Source: Acidobacteriota bacterium
Lineage (GTDB): Bacteria; Acidobacteriota; Aminicenantia; S016-38
Reading direction: 5' to 3'
DNA length: 64,000 bases
Assembly (NCBI GenBank): GCA_015486055.1
Contig: WFSJ01000042.1
Span: 12,518-76,517 of the forward strand
Position 1 is the first letter of the stretch. Every line of letters starts with the position of its first letter. The position numbers and the translations under genes were made by a program. Shown here one piece after another: positions 48,742 through 57,187 of this stretch. The notes beneath the pieces are model-generated. The model was not told where the DNA came from and did no database searches. It saw only the letters and a program-made list of their open reading frames with translations.

Positions 48742-50544
48742 ATGGAGACTTTGGAGATAGTAAAAAAACTTATGGAGGAGGTTTCAACCCACAGGGAGGA
48801 GTTGAAAAGGGTAAAGGAAGCATTTGAAAGGTACAGAAACTTTTTTGAAAATATACCGGTAGGAATATACAGGTCAACTCCTGAAGGAAAAATTCTTCAT
48901 GCAAACCCGGCAATGGGAAGGATATTCGGATATGAAAGCCCTGAAGAACTTATGAAAGCAGGTTCCTATGCCCTTTATCTGGAGCCTGACCAGAGGAAGA
49001 GGCTGAAAAAAGAAGCAGACAAGAAGGATATCAACAAGTTTGAACTTCAGATGAAGAGGAAGGACGGAAGCAAAGTCTGGGTGAGGGGAACCGAAAAGGT
49101 GGTGAAAGACGAAAGTGGTAAAGTTCTTTATTACGATGGTTTTTTGGAAGATATAACTGAAAGGAAAGCAACAGAAGAAATGTATAGAGTAATAATTGAA
49201 AATACTCATGATGGCATATACATTTACAGGGGAAATAAATTTCTATTCGTTAACAAAAGGTTATGTGAGTTTCTTGGATACAGCGAAGAGGAGCTTTATA
49301 ACATGGACATATTTAAGCTCGTTAATCCCGAAGACAGGGAAAGGCTGAAAGACTACGGAAGAAGGAGGGAAAAAGGCGAAGAAGTTCCTTCAATCTATGA
49401 GGCAAGGGTGCTGAATAAAGAAGGGCAGGTAAGGACTCTTGAGTTCGCAGTAAGTGCTATAAATTACGGGGGAAAATATGCTGCCTTAGGCGCTGTAAGG
49501 GATGTCACCGAAAGAAAACAATTGGAGAAAAAATTAAGGGAGGAAAAGGACAGAGCGAAAAAATATTTAAACATAGCAGGGAATGTTATCGTCCTTTTGA
49601 ACACGAGTGGGAAGGTAAAATTAGCAAACAAGAGAGCTTGTGAAGTTCTTGGATACACAGAAAGTGAAATTCTCGGGAAAAACTGGTTTGATAATTTCAT
49701 CCTCCCTGAACAGAGAAAGGAAATCAGGGAAGTTTTCAAAAAGATTCTCAGCGGAGAAATTGAAAGCTTTGAATATTACGAGAATCCTGTCCTCACAAGG
49801 GATGGGAAAATAAGAATGATAAAATGGCATAATTCTGTGATAAAAAACTCAAAGGGGAAAGTATTAGAAATTCTCACATCAGGGAACGATATAACTGAAC
49901 TCAAGGAAAAGGAGGAAAAGCTCAGGGCATCCCTTAGGGAGAAGGAAATTCTCCTCAGAGAACTTCACCACAGGGTGAAAAACAACCTTCAAATAATATC
50001 AAGCCTCCTCAGACTTCAAGCAAGACATACTGATGATGAAAGAGTATCCAGGCTCCTGAGCGAAAGCCAGCACAGGATAAATTCAATCTCTCTTATTCAT
50101 GAGAAATTTTACAGGTCAGAGAGCCTTGCGGAGATAAAACTCGGGGAATACACAAAAAGCCTGATTAATGAGCTTTTCAGGTCCTATGGCACTGACAAAA
50201 ATAGGGTTCAGGTTGAACTGAGGTTCAAAGAGATTCTCCTGCCAATTGACAAGGCAATACCTGCAGGGCTCATCATAAACGAGCTTGTATCAAATGTTCT
50301 CAGTTATGCCTTCCCTGCAGGAAAGAAAGGGAAGCTGGAGATAGGAATAACCTCCCCTGAGAAAAAAATGGTGGAGATAACCGTCAGGGACAACGGTGTT
50401 GGAATTCCTGACAGCGTTAGCTTCGATTCCCCATCAACCCTCGGGTTCAGGCTGATAAAAATACTGGTAAATGACCAGCTCAAAGGCGAAATCAAACTTA
50501 AAAGGAGGGGAGGGACAGAATTCATAATAAGATTTAGGAGATGA
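48742..50544 (+). CDS. Cytoplasmic multi-PAS histidine kinase (HisKA_2 type)
   Basis: Three PAS/PAC repeats, ELHHRVKNNLQ, DNGVG and LGFRLI. Confidence 0.92.
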   Translation: METLEIVKKLMEEVSTHREELKRVKEAFERYRNFFENIPVGIYRSTPEGKILHANPAMGRIFGYESPEELMKAGSYALYLEPDQRKRLKKEADKKDINKFELQMKRKDGSKVWVRGTEKVVKDESGKVLYYDGFLEDITERKATEEMYRVIIENTHDGIYIYRGNKFLFVNKRLCEFLGYSEEELYNMDIFKLVNPEDRERLKDYGRRREKGEEVPSIYEARVLNKEGQVRTLEFAVSAINYGGKYAALGAVRDVTERKQLEKKLREEKDRAKKYLNIAGNVIVLLNTSGKVKLANKRACEVLGYTESEILGKNWFDNFILPEQRKEIREVFKKILSGEIESFEYYENPVLTRDGKIRMIKWHNSVIKNSKGKVLEILTSGNDITELKEKEEKLRASLREKEILLRELHHRVKNNLQIISSLLRLQARHTDDERVSRLLSESQHRINSISLIHEKFYRSESLAEIKLGEYTKSLINELFRSYGTDKNRVQVELRFKEILLPIDKAIPAGLIINELVSNVLSYAFPAGKKGKLEIGITSPEKKMVEITVRDNGVGIPDSVSFDSPSTLGFRLIKILVNDQLKGEIKLKRRGGTEFIIRFRR

Positions 50545-52298
50545 GAATGTCTGAGAAAATCCTTATCATTGAGGACGAGAGGATAACTGCGGAGGACATA
50601 AAGGAAATGCTTCAGGAGGTCGGATATGAGGTCTGCAAAATAGCAACAACCTTTAGGGAAGCAGTTAAAATCGCAGAAAAGGAGAAACCCGATCTTGCTG
50701 TAGTGGATATAGCTCTCGGAAAGGACAGGACAGGAGGGATAAGGGCTGCGGAGGAAATAAGTTCAAAACTCCAAATTCCCATTATTTATCTTACAGCATA
50801 CAGCGACAGCAAGACCTTTGAAGAGGCAAAGATATCAGAGCCCTTCACATATCTGACAAAGCCAATTAACGAGAACGAGCTGAAATTGAATGTGAGAATA
50901 GCCCTCTACAAGAGCAAGGCCGAAAAAGAACTCAGGAGATTAAACATAGAAAAAGATGAGGCCATTAAAACCCTTGAGAGGTCAGAATCAACCATGAAGG
51001 CAATTTTCTCCTCAATGGTTGATTTAATCTTTGTGGTTGACGGACAGGGTAGATTCGTTTTCTACAACAGTCCTGAGAAGCAATTGTATCTGAAGCCTGA
51101 GGAGTTTCTCGGAAGAACTACTTCAGAAGTTCTTCCTCCCGATATTTCCTCCAAGTTCAAGGAGGCTTTTAAAAAAAATAAAAAAGGGGAAATAGCAGAT
51201 TATCAATATGAACTTAAAATCTCAGGAAAGAAGGGATGGTTTTCTGCAAGGCAGTCCCCAATATTTATTGGCAAAAAATTCAATGGAGCTGTTGCAGTGA
51301 TAAGGAATATTACCCAGATAAAGGAAACGGAGGAAAGATACACAAACCTCTTTAATAGGGTTCCCATCGGACTTTACAGGACAAGTCCTTCAGGGGAAAT
51401 AACAGATGCTAACCCTGCCTTCCTGGAAATCCTTGGATATTCAACTTTAGAGGAATTAAAAAAGAGAAACGCATATGAGCTTTATCAAGAACAAAAAAAT
51501 AGGGAAAAATGGAAAAAACTCTTAGAAAAACAAGGAATCCTTATTATGGAAACCCAGCTTCGCAGAAGGGACGGAAAGATAATATGGGTAAAAGAATTTG
51601 CAAGGGCAATAAGGAATGGGACAGGGGAAGTGGACCATTACGAGGGTTCTATACAGGACATAACTGATAGAAAGAAGCTTGAGGAGGAACTGAGGAGAAA
51701 TATAAATTCCATAAGAAAGCTATTTGAGGAAACGGTTTCTACCTTAGGTTCTATCGTGAAGATAAGGGACCCTTACACAGCAGCGCATCAAAGAAGGGTA
51801 ACTGAATTGGCAGTTGAGATAGCAAAGGAAATGGGGCTTGACGAAAGAAGGATAGAAGCCATCAGAATTGCAGGCCTTCTTCATGATATAGGAAAACTCG
51901 CAGTCCCAGCAGAGATACTTGCCAAACCCACAAAGCTTACAAAACAGGAGTTTATGCTCATAAAATCCCATACAGAGGTGGGATACAACATTCTGAAGGA
52001 AATAGACTTTCCCTGGCCAGTTGCAGAGATAGTTCTTCAGCATCACGAAAGAATGAACGGGTCAGGATATCCAAAGGGGCTAAAGAACGGGGAAATACTC
52101 CTTGAGGCAAGGATACTTGGAGTTGCAGATGTGGTTGAGGCAATGAATTCTCACAGGCCTTACAGACCTGCTCTCGGTATTAAAAAAGCTCTTGAAGAGA
52201 TAAAAGAAAACAGGGGGAAGCTTTATGACCCGGAGGCAGTTGATGCCTGCCTCAGAGTATTTGAAAAGGGCACTGTAAAATGGGAATCTTCAGTCTGA
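50541..52298 (+). CDS. Response regulator REC-PAS-PAS-HD-GYP (putative cyclic dinucleotide phosphodiesterase)
   Basis: REC (IIEDE, VVDI, YLTA, KP), two PAS domains, HDIGK and HHERMNGSGYP. Confidence 0.92.
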   Translation: MRMSEKILIIEDERITAEDIKEMLQEVGYEVCKIATTFREAVKIAEKEKPDLAVVDIALGKDRTGGIRAAEEISSKLQIPIIYLTAYSDSKTFEEAKISEPFTYLTKPINENELKLNVRIALYKSKAEKELRRLNIEKDEAIKTLERSESTMKAIFSSMVDLIFVVDGQGRFVFYNSPEKQLYLKPEEFLGRTTSEVLPPDISSKFKEAFKKNKKGEIADYQYELKISGKKGWFSARQSPIFIGKKFNGAVAVIRNITQIKETEERYTNLFNRVPIGLYRTSPSGEITDANPAFLEILGYSTLEELKKRNAYELYQEQKNREKWKKLLEKQGILIMETQLRRRDGKIIWVKEFARAIRNGTGEVDHYEGSIQDITDRKKLEEELRRNINSIRKLFEETVSTLGSIVKIRDPYTAAHQRRVTELAVEIAKEMGLDERRIEAIRIAGLLHDIGKLAVPAEILAKPTKLTKQEFMLIKSHTEVGYNILKEIDFPWPVAEIVLQHHERMNGSGYPKGLKNGEILLEARILGVADVVEAMNSHRPYRPALGIKKALEEIKENRGKLYDPEAVDACLRVFEKGTVKWESSV

Positions 52299-52323
52299 GG
52301 CACACTTGGGGTTATTTTGTTTT

Positions 52324-52520
52324 TCAGGCTTGTAAAATTTCTGCCTTATGAAATGAAAATCCCTCCGCAACCATGGAAAATAAAAGGATAAACATTGCCA
52401 CAGGATAATTTGATAGGGAATGCCTGTGGATTATTTTTCTATCCCTTCGTAAATGGAATAAAGACTTCCAAGACCAAAAAGCTGAATTGCCACCAAAGAA
52501 GCCCAGAAAAATTTTTTGGG
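52324..52520 (-). pseudogene. Frameshifted fragment of a cation diffusion facilitator (CDF) transporter gene
   Basis: KFFWASLVAIQLFGLGSLYSIYEGIEK, a frameshift in an A-run at about 52434, then IHRHSLSNYPVAMFILLFSMVAEGFSFHKA. Confidence 0.6.
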
Positions 52521-52576
52521 AACGTCCCTAACTTAAAAAATTAAATTTACCATCGTAAAAATAAAATAAAAAGAAG

Positions 52577-52646
52577 TGTCCTGAAATTCGGACATTAAAA
52601 AAACTCTCCCCCTGGTAGAGAGGCAAGTTTTGGCACGGAATTTGCT
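52577..52646 (+). promoter_or_regulatory. sigma54 (-24/-12) promoter with a candidate upstream activator site
   Basis: TGGCAC-GGAAT-TTGCT at 52631-52646, and the palindrome TGTCC-N8-GGACA at 52577-52594. Confidence 0.75.
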
Positions 52647-52667
52647 ATAATAATAGTGGAGGTAAAA

Positions 52668-54704
52668 ATGAGATTAAAAGCTTTTGGTTTGATAGCCTTG
52701 ATAGCAATGACGGGGTTTGCCTTCTCGCAGGGTTCCTCTGCGGATATTCAATATAAATACTTTGCCAGAATCAGTTCCCTTGAAGGACAGGGATTCATAG
52801 AAAAAGCAGGAGGGGAGGGCATAGAAGATGCGACAGTGAATATGCCCCTCGGTGAAGGCGACAGAATCTTCACAGGGGAAAATGGAAGGGCTGAGCTATA
52901 TGTGGGATATTCTACATACATAAGGATGAATAGAGCCACCAAACTCGACCTTATAGTTCTCCCATACACAGAAGATAAAAAAATAGAAATTCGTCTTATA
53001 AATGGTGACATATACATAAACAAGCTCAGGAAAGGGCTGAGAGCCTATATAGAAGTAAGAGACGGGGAATTTTTACCAATAGAAAATGGCAGTTACAGAA
53101 TAAGCTCCAATGGAGAGGAAATCAGATTTGCCGTGGAAGATGGATATGGAGAACTCAGGATTGGAGGCGAAGATATAGACATTGGTTCAGCAGAAATGGT
53201 TGTCGTATCAGGTAATAAGATTTACGGCCCAGAAAGGCTTAAAAGATTTGATGATGAATTTGCATCATGGAATGAGGAAAGGAACAGAAACATAGAGAGG
53301 GGTTATCGTTATAAGAAATATCTTCCTCCAGAACTCACAGATTACGCATGGGAATTTGAGGACTATGGAAGTTGGAGATATGCGCCACCTTACGGTTGGG
53401 TATGGGTACCAAGAAGAATATATAACGATTGGATGCCCTATTACTATGGCTACTGGGAATGGGTCCCTGGAGGATGGTTCTGGGTAGGATACGAACCCTG
53501 GGGTTGGGCTGTTTATCACTATGGACGCTGGGGGTGGAGTCCAATATTCGGATGGTATTGGATCCCGGTTCCAAGGTGGGGATACGCATGGGTTGAATGG
53601 ACCTGGTTTGATGATTACATCGGTTGGTGTCCTATGGATTTCTACGGAAGGCCGATAATAATAATCAACAATGGCTTGTACAACTATTATGACTATGTTC
53701 CTATCCACTCCTCATCCTGGATATTCGTAAGAAAGAGTCAATTCGCAGCAAGAAACATAAGGAGAACCGCCCTTAGAAAAGGTCAACTGAGAGCCACAGG
53801 AGTTTCAAAAGTCAGGGTATTTTCATCTCAGCCAAAATTAAGGCCGGTTTATGCTGTACAGAAAACCAAGATGGGTTATAAGAAAGTTGTATCCGGAGTT
53901 TCTCCAGCCACAGGGTTCTCAAAAGCAACAGCGGTAAGAAAAGACACCTACAAATCCTCTTCAGTATGGTCAACCTCCAAGAAAGAAGCAATACCAAAGG
54001 GAGCAATAAGCAAAAAAACCGAGGTCAAGAAGAAAACTTCTGCAGTGAAGGGTTTCACATCTTCAAGCTCAAGCAGCTCTTCCAAGAAAAAGGCCAAAAA
54101 GAAGAAAGGCGGGGGAGGATATCCCTCTTCATCCTATAAAGCATCCTCATCCTATGGAATTAGCCATTCCAGGGATGGGGCAAGAGTAAGAACATACAGG
54201 GAAAGTAAGAGAAACTCAGCAAAAAGAGATAGAAATTATTACGGGTCATACAGGACTTACATTAGGAACTATTCAGGATATTATCATGGATCAGAAAAAG
54301 ACAGAAGCGGATATTTAAGGGTGAAAGGAAAGAATAATAACAACTACTATGGATATGGAAATTCTCACAGTAAGAATTACAGTAGAAATTATTCTGGAAG
54401 CTATTACGGTTATAACCGTAGCAGAAGTTATGTCAAGCACTATCCGAGCTCTTATAGCAGAAGTTACGAAAAGAAGAGGAGTTCAGGAAGTATTTGGTCC
54501 TTTATTTTCGGTTCTTCAAAACCAAAATCCCGTTCATATAGCTCTTCCCACAGTTCTTATGGAAGAAGCTATTCAGGAATAAATCACTCATATAGCTCTT
54601 ACCGAAGCTCAGGATGGAGCCATTCATCCTGGGGTTCATCAAGGAGCTCAGGTTACAGCTCCAGCCATTCGTCAAGCTATTCTTCAGCAAGAAAAAGGCA
54701 TTGA
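52668..54704 (+). CDS. Secreted FecR-like/DUF6600-type protein with Trp-rich repeats and a Ser/Tyr/Gly/Arg low-complexity tail
   Basis: Signal peptide; NMPLGEGDRIFTGENGRAEL (FecR-like); YGSW..YGWVWVP, EPWGWAVYHYGRW and IGWCP. Start ATG 52668 after GGAGG. Confidence 0.8.
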   Translation: MRLKAFGLIALIAMTGFAFSQGSSADIQYKYFARISSLEGQGFIEKAGGEGIEDATVNMPLGEGDRIFTGENGRAELYVGYSTYIRMNRATKLDLIVLPYTEDKKIEIRLINGDIYINKLRKGLRAYIEVRDGEFLPIENGSYRISSNGEEIRFAVEDGYGELRIGGEDIDIGSAEMVVVSGNKIYGPERLKRFDDEFASWNEERNRNIERGYRYKKYLPPELTDYAWEFEDYGSWRYAPPYGWVWVPRRIYNDWMPYYYGYWEWVPGGWFWVGYEPWGWAVYHYGRWGWSPIFGWYWIPVPRWGYAWVEWTWFDDYIGWCPMDFYGRPIIIINNGLYNYYDYVPIHSSSWIFVRKSQFAARNIRRTALRKGQLRATGVSKVRVFSSQPKLRPVYAVQKTKMGYKKVVSGVSPATGFSKATAVRKDTYKSSSVWSTSKKEAIPKGAISKKTEVKKKTSAVKGFTSSSSSSSSKKKAKKKKGGGGYPSSSYKASSSYGISHSRDGARVRTYRESKRNSAKRDRNYYGSYRTYIRNYSGYYHGSEKDRSGYLRVKGKNNNNYYGYGNSHSKNYSRNYSGSYYGYNRSRSYVKHYPSSYSRSYEKKRSSGSIWSFIFGSSKPKSRSYSSSHSSYGRSYSGINHSYSSYRSSGWSHSSWGSSRSSGYSSSHSSSYSSARKRH

Positions 54705-55219
54705 GGCACAAAGTAGAGGAGGGTTCCCTCCTCTACTTTCCCATAGAGCTCAACAATATCTTTATTTCTCATCCTTACGCATCCTTCTGAGGCAGGGGTT
54801 CCAACCTTTTCTTCTTCAGTCGTCCCGTGTATATAAATAAATCTATCCTTCGTATCAACATGTCCCCCTAAGTTCTTCCCATCCTCCAGTCCCTGAAGCC
54901 ATAAAATCCTTGTTGTTATAAGGTTCTCTCCAGACGGAATCCTGACTGTTTTCCCTGTCCATTTTCTTTTAACAAAAACAGCTCCAAGGGGAAGTCCATC
55001 ACCTAACTTCTTGTAAATCTTATGGATTCCTAACGGGGTTTTATAGCTGCCTTTTTCATTTCCTGTGCCAAATCTTGATGTAGATACAGGATAGGACTTT
55101 AAAACCTTTTCATCCTTCAGAAGGAGTAACTCCTGATCTTTCACACACACGATTATGTAAGTTTCGCCTTCCCTCAGACCAAACTCCCTGAGCTCCGCTT
55201 CTATTTCATTTCTTCTCAT
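54677..55219 (-). CDS. L,D-transpeptidase (YkuD family)
   Basis: YPVSTS, TPLG and IYIHGT...ASEGCVRM (catalytic His/Cys). Confidence 0.88.
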   Translation of the reverse strand: MRRNEIEAELREFGLREGETYIIVCVKDQELLLLKDEKVLKSYPVSTSRFGTGNEKGSYKTPLGIHKIYKKLGDGLPLGAVFVKRKWTGKTVRIPSGENLITTRILWLQGLEDGKNLGGHVDTKDRFIYIHGTTEEEKVGTPASEGCVRMRNKDIVELYGKVEEGTLLYFVPQCLFLAEE

Positions 55220-56400
55220 GCGAATATGATTATAGCAAGGAAAAGGATTACAAGCACAGGCACTGTAATATATTTATAGACCTTAAAAAGCTTTGCCCCG
55301 TAATATTCTGCCGACAGAACCAGGCAGAGATGAAGAGGAGAAAGAAGAACCCCTGAAAACCCACTTATATAAAGCAGGGAAATATAATTTATATTCTGTC
55401 CGACTATAGAGACAAAAAGTGGAAAGGCAATCCCTGCAAAGGCAGTATTTACTCCCGTAAGAAATCCTAAGGAAAATGGGATACTCACCATTAAAACTGG
55501 AAGAAGCGTCTTTGAACCAGAAATATTGCCTTTTAAAAGTTGGGAAAGGGAGGAATTGAGAACAAATCCTTTAAAAATCATCACCGACGCAATGAGAAGA
55601 AGGATATTAACATTGAAAGCTTTCAATAAAATGCGGAATTTTTTATTCAGGGGCACACTTATCAAGAAGGAAAAAATTGTAACTATAAGCAGTGATAAAA
55701 GAAGATCTACATTAAAAATAAGGATGAAAACTACAATGGCGAGTATTTCCCAAGTTCCCTTGGCAAGAATAAGAAGTGATTTGCCGGGATTCTCCTTGGG
55801 AAGATTATTTCCAACCGAGGGCAGGAAAATTGCCATACTTATATACCCAAGGGCAACGGCAATTATCATGAAATAGAACTGATTCTTCATCAGCTCTACA
55901 GTTCTTATCCCGAATATAGCCACAGTTACAATAAAACCCTGGTAAAGGGGCCAGAAAAATTCCCATATATGTCTAAACCAGTAATTTATGAAGGTCTTCA
56001 ACTCAGGTTTTACTTTCCCCTTTGGGAGTGCCTCGTCAAGCGTGGGTGCAGACACAAGGGCACCTCCAGGCATAGGAAGAAGCCCTATAAGAGCAGGAGA
56101 CAGGGTTATCGTAAGCCATTTATTGCCAAAAAGTCCTTCCATTCCCCGAACAAGTTTTCTGAGAGAACCTTTAGTCTTTTGTATCTCTACAAGCAAAAGC
56201 ACAAGATAAATTATCAGAAGCAGCCTTATGGTTGAAAAACTGGTGAGGGAATGATAGACTGAGATAATTATTCCCCTTGCATTCATCCTGAAGAGAATTG
56301 CAAGCAAAATTCCCGGAAGCAAAATGGATAGAGATAGATTCGCCTTTATTACAAGGAGGAAAAGAAGAAGCCCGACAATTAGTGCGAGTCTTACCCACAT
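55216..56400 (-). CDS. DUF401-family membrane protein
   Basis: GLLPMPGGALVSAP, NYWFRH and SPLHLCL. Confidence 0.8.
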   Translation of the reverse strand: MWVRLALIVGLLLFLLVIKANLSLSILLPGILLAILFRMNARGIIISVYHSLTSFSTIRLLLIIYLVLLLVEIQKTKGSLRKLVRGMEGLFGNKWLTITLSPALIGLLPMPGGALVSAPTLDEALPKGKVKPELKTFINYWFRHIWEFFWPLYQGFIVTVAIFGIRTVELMKNQFYFMIIAVALGYISMAIFLPSVGNNLPKENPGKSLLILAKGTWEILAIVVFILIFNVDLLLSLLIVTIFSFLISVPLNKKFRILLKAFNVNILLLIASVMIFKGFVLNSSLSQLLKGNISGSKTLLPVLMVSIPFSLGFLTGVNTAFAGIAFPLFVSIVGQNINYISLLYISGFSGVLLSPLHLCLVLSAEYYGAKLFKVYKYITVPVLVILFLAIIIFA

Positions 56401-56479
56401 TGGAAGATATTTTAATCCCTTTCAAACCCCATTTCCAGTTTATTGTTTTTCAGGGACAGTCACCAATACGAAAATCACT

Positions 56480-57187
56480 TTACCCTATAAAGAATTTATC
56501 CTTTATGATCTCCTGCTCTTTGCCGCGAAGAGACTCCCAGACATTTTTTGCTGCATTGGACATTGCCTCTTTTTTAGATCTTCCCTCACCTATCTGTTTC
56601 AGGAGGACTGGGCCCTCTATTTTCACTTCCACCACAAAGGTCTTTCTGTGCTGAGGTCCCTGCTCTGATATAACTTTGTATTCAGGAGGAGGGAAGCCCT
56701 GTTTCTGGACGAATTCCTGAAGGGCGGTGCGGTAATCAGCGGGTCTCCCTGTGGTCTTTGAGATAATTTCCATTTTATCCTCAAGGGCAGACACTACTAT
56801 TTTCTCTGCTTCCTCAAAGCCTCCGTCAAGGTAAACAGCGGCAGCCCAGGCCTCGAAAACATCGGAAATTATGGAGTCATTGTCCCTTCCCCCGCTTTTC
56901 TCCTCACCCTTCGAGAGTTTTATCTTCTTATGAAGCCCGAGTTTCCTTGCTGCTTCTGCTAAACTTTCTTTGGAGACAAGAGCCGCCCGCAGGTTGGACA
57001 TTTCACCCTCGTCCATTTGAGGAAAATTGAGAAAGAGCCATTTGGAAACGATAAAGTTAACTACTGTGTCCCCTAAGAATTCAAGCCTTTCGTAATTAAA
57101 GTTCTTATCTCTTCCCTTCTCATTTGCATAAGAGGTATGGGTCACCGCCATTTCAAAAAGATTTCTATCCTTAAATTTATAGTTCAT
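56480..57187 (-). CDS. rnc: Ribonuclease III
   Basis: NYERLEFLGD, DVFEA and a C-terminal dsRBD. Confidence 0.97.
   Translation of the reverse strand: MNYKFKDRNLFEMAVTHTSYANEKGRDKNFNYERLEFLGDTVVNFIVSKWLFLNFPQMDEGEMSNLRAALVSKESLAEAARKLGLHKKIKLSKGEEKSGGRDNDSIISDVFEAWAAAVYLDGGFEEAEKIVVSALEDKMEIISKTTGRPADYRTALQEFVQKQGFPPPEYKVISEQGPQHRKTFVVEVKIEGPVLLKQIGEGRSKKEAMSNAAKNVWESLRGKEQEIIKDKFFIG

Noticed and set aside
48742-52298. PAS kinase plus REC-HD-GYP pair as a novel system
   Set aside because: This is a common two-component architecture with canonical motifs; nothing unusual is visible.
54200-54704. Possible CRISPR or tandem DNA repeat in the low-complexity region
   Set aside because: The repeats are degenerate at DNA level and explained by Ser/Tyr-rich coding; there is no fixed repeat-spacer periodicity.
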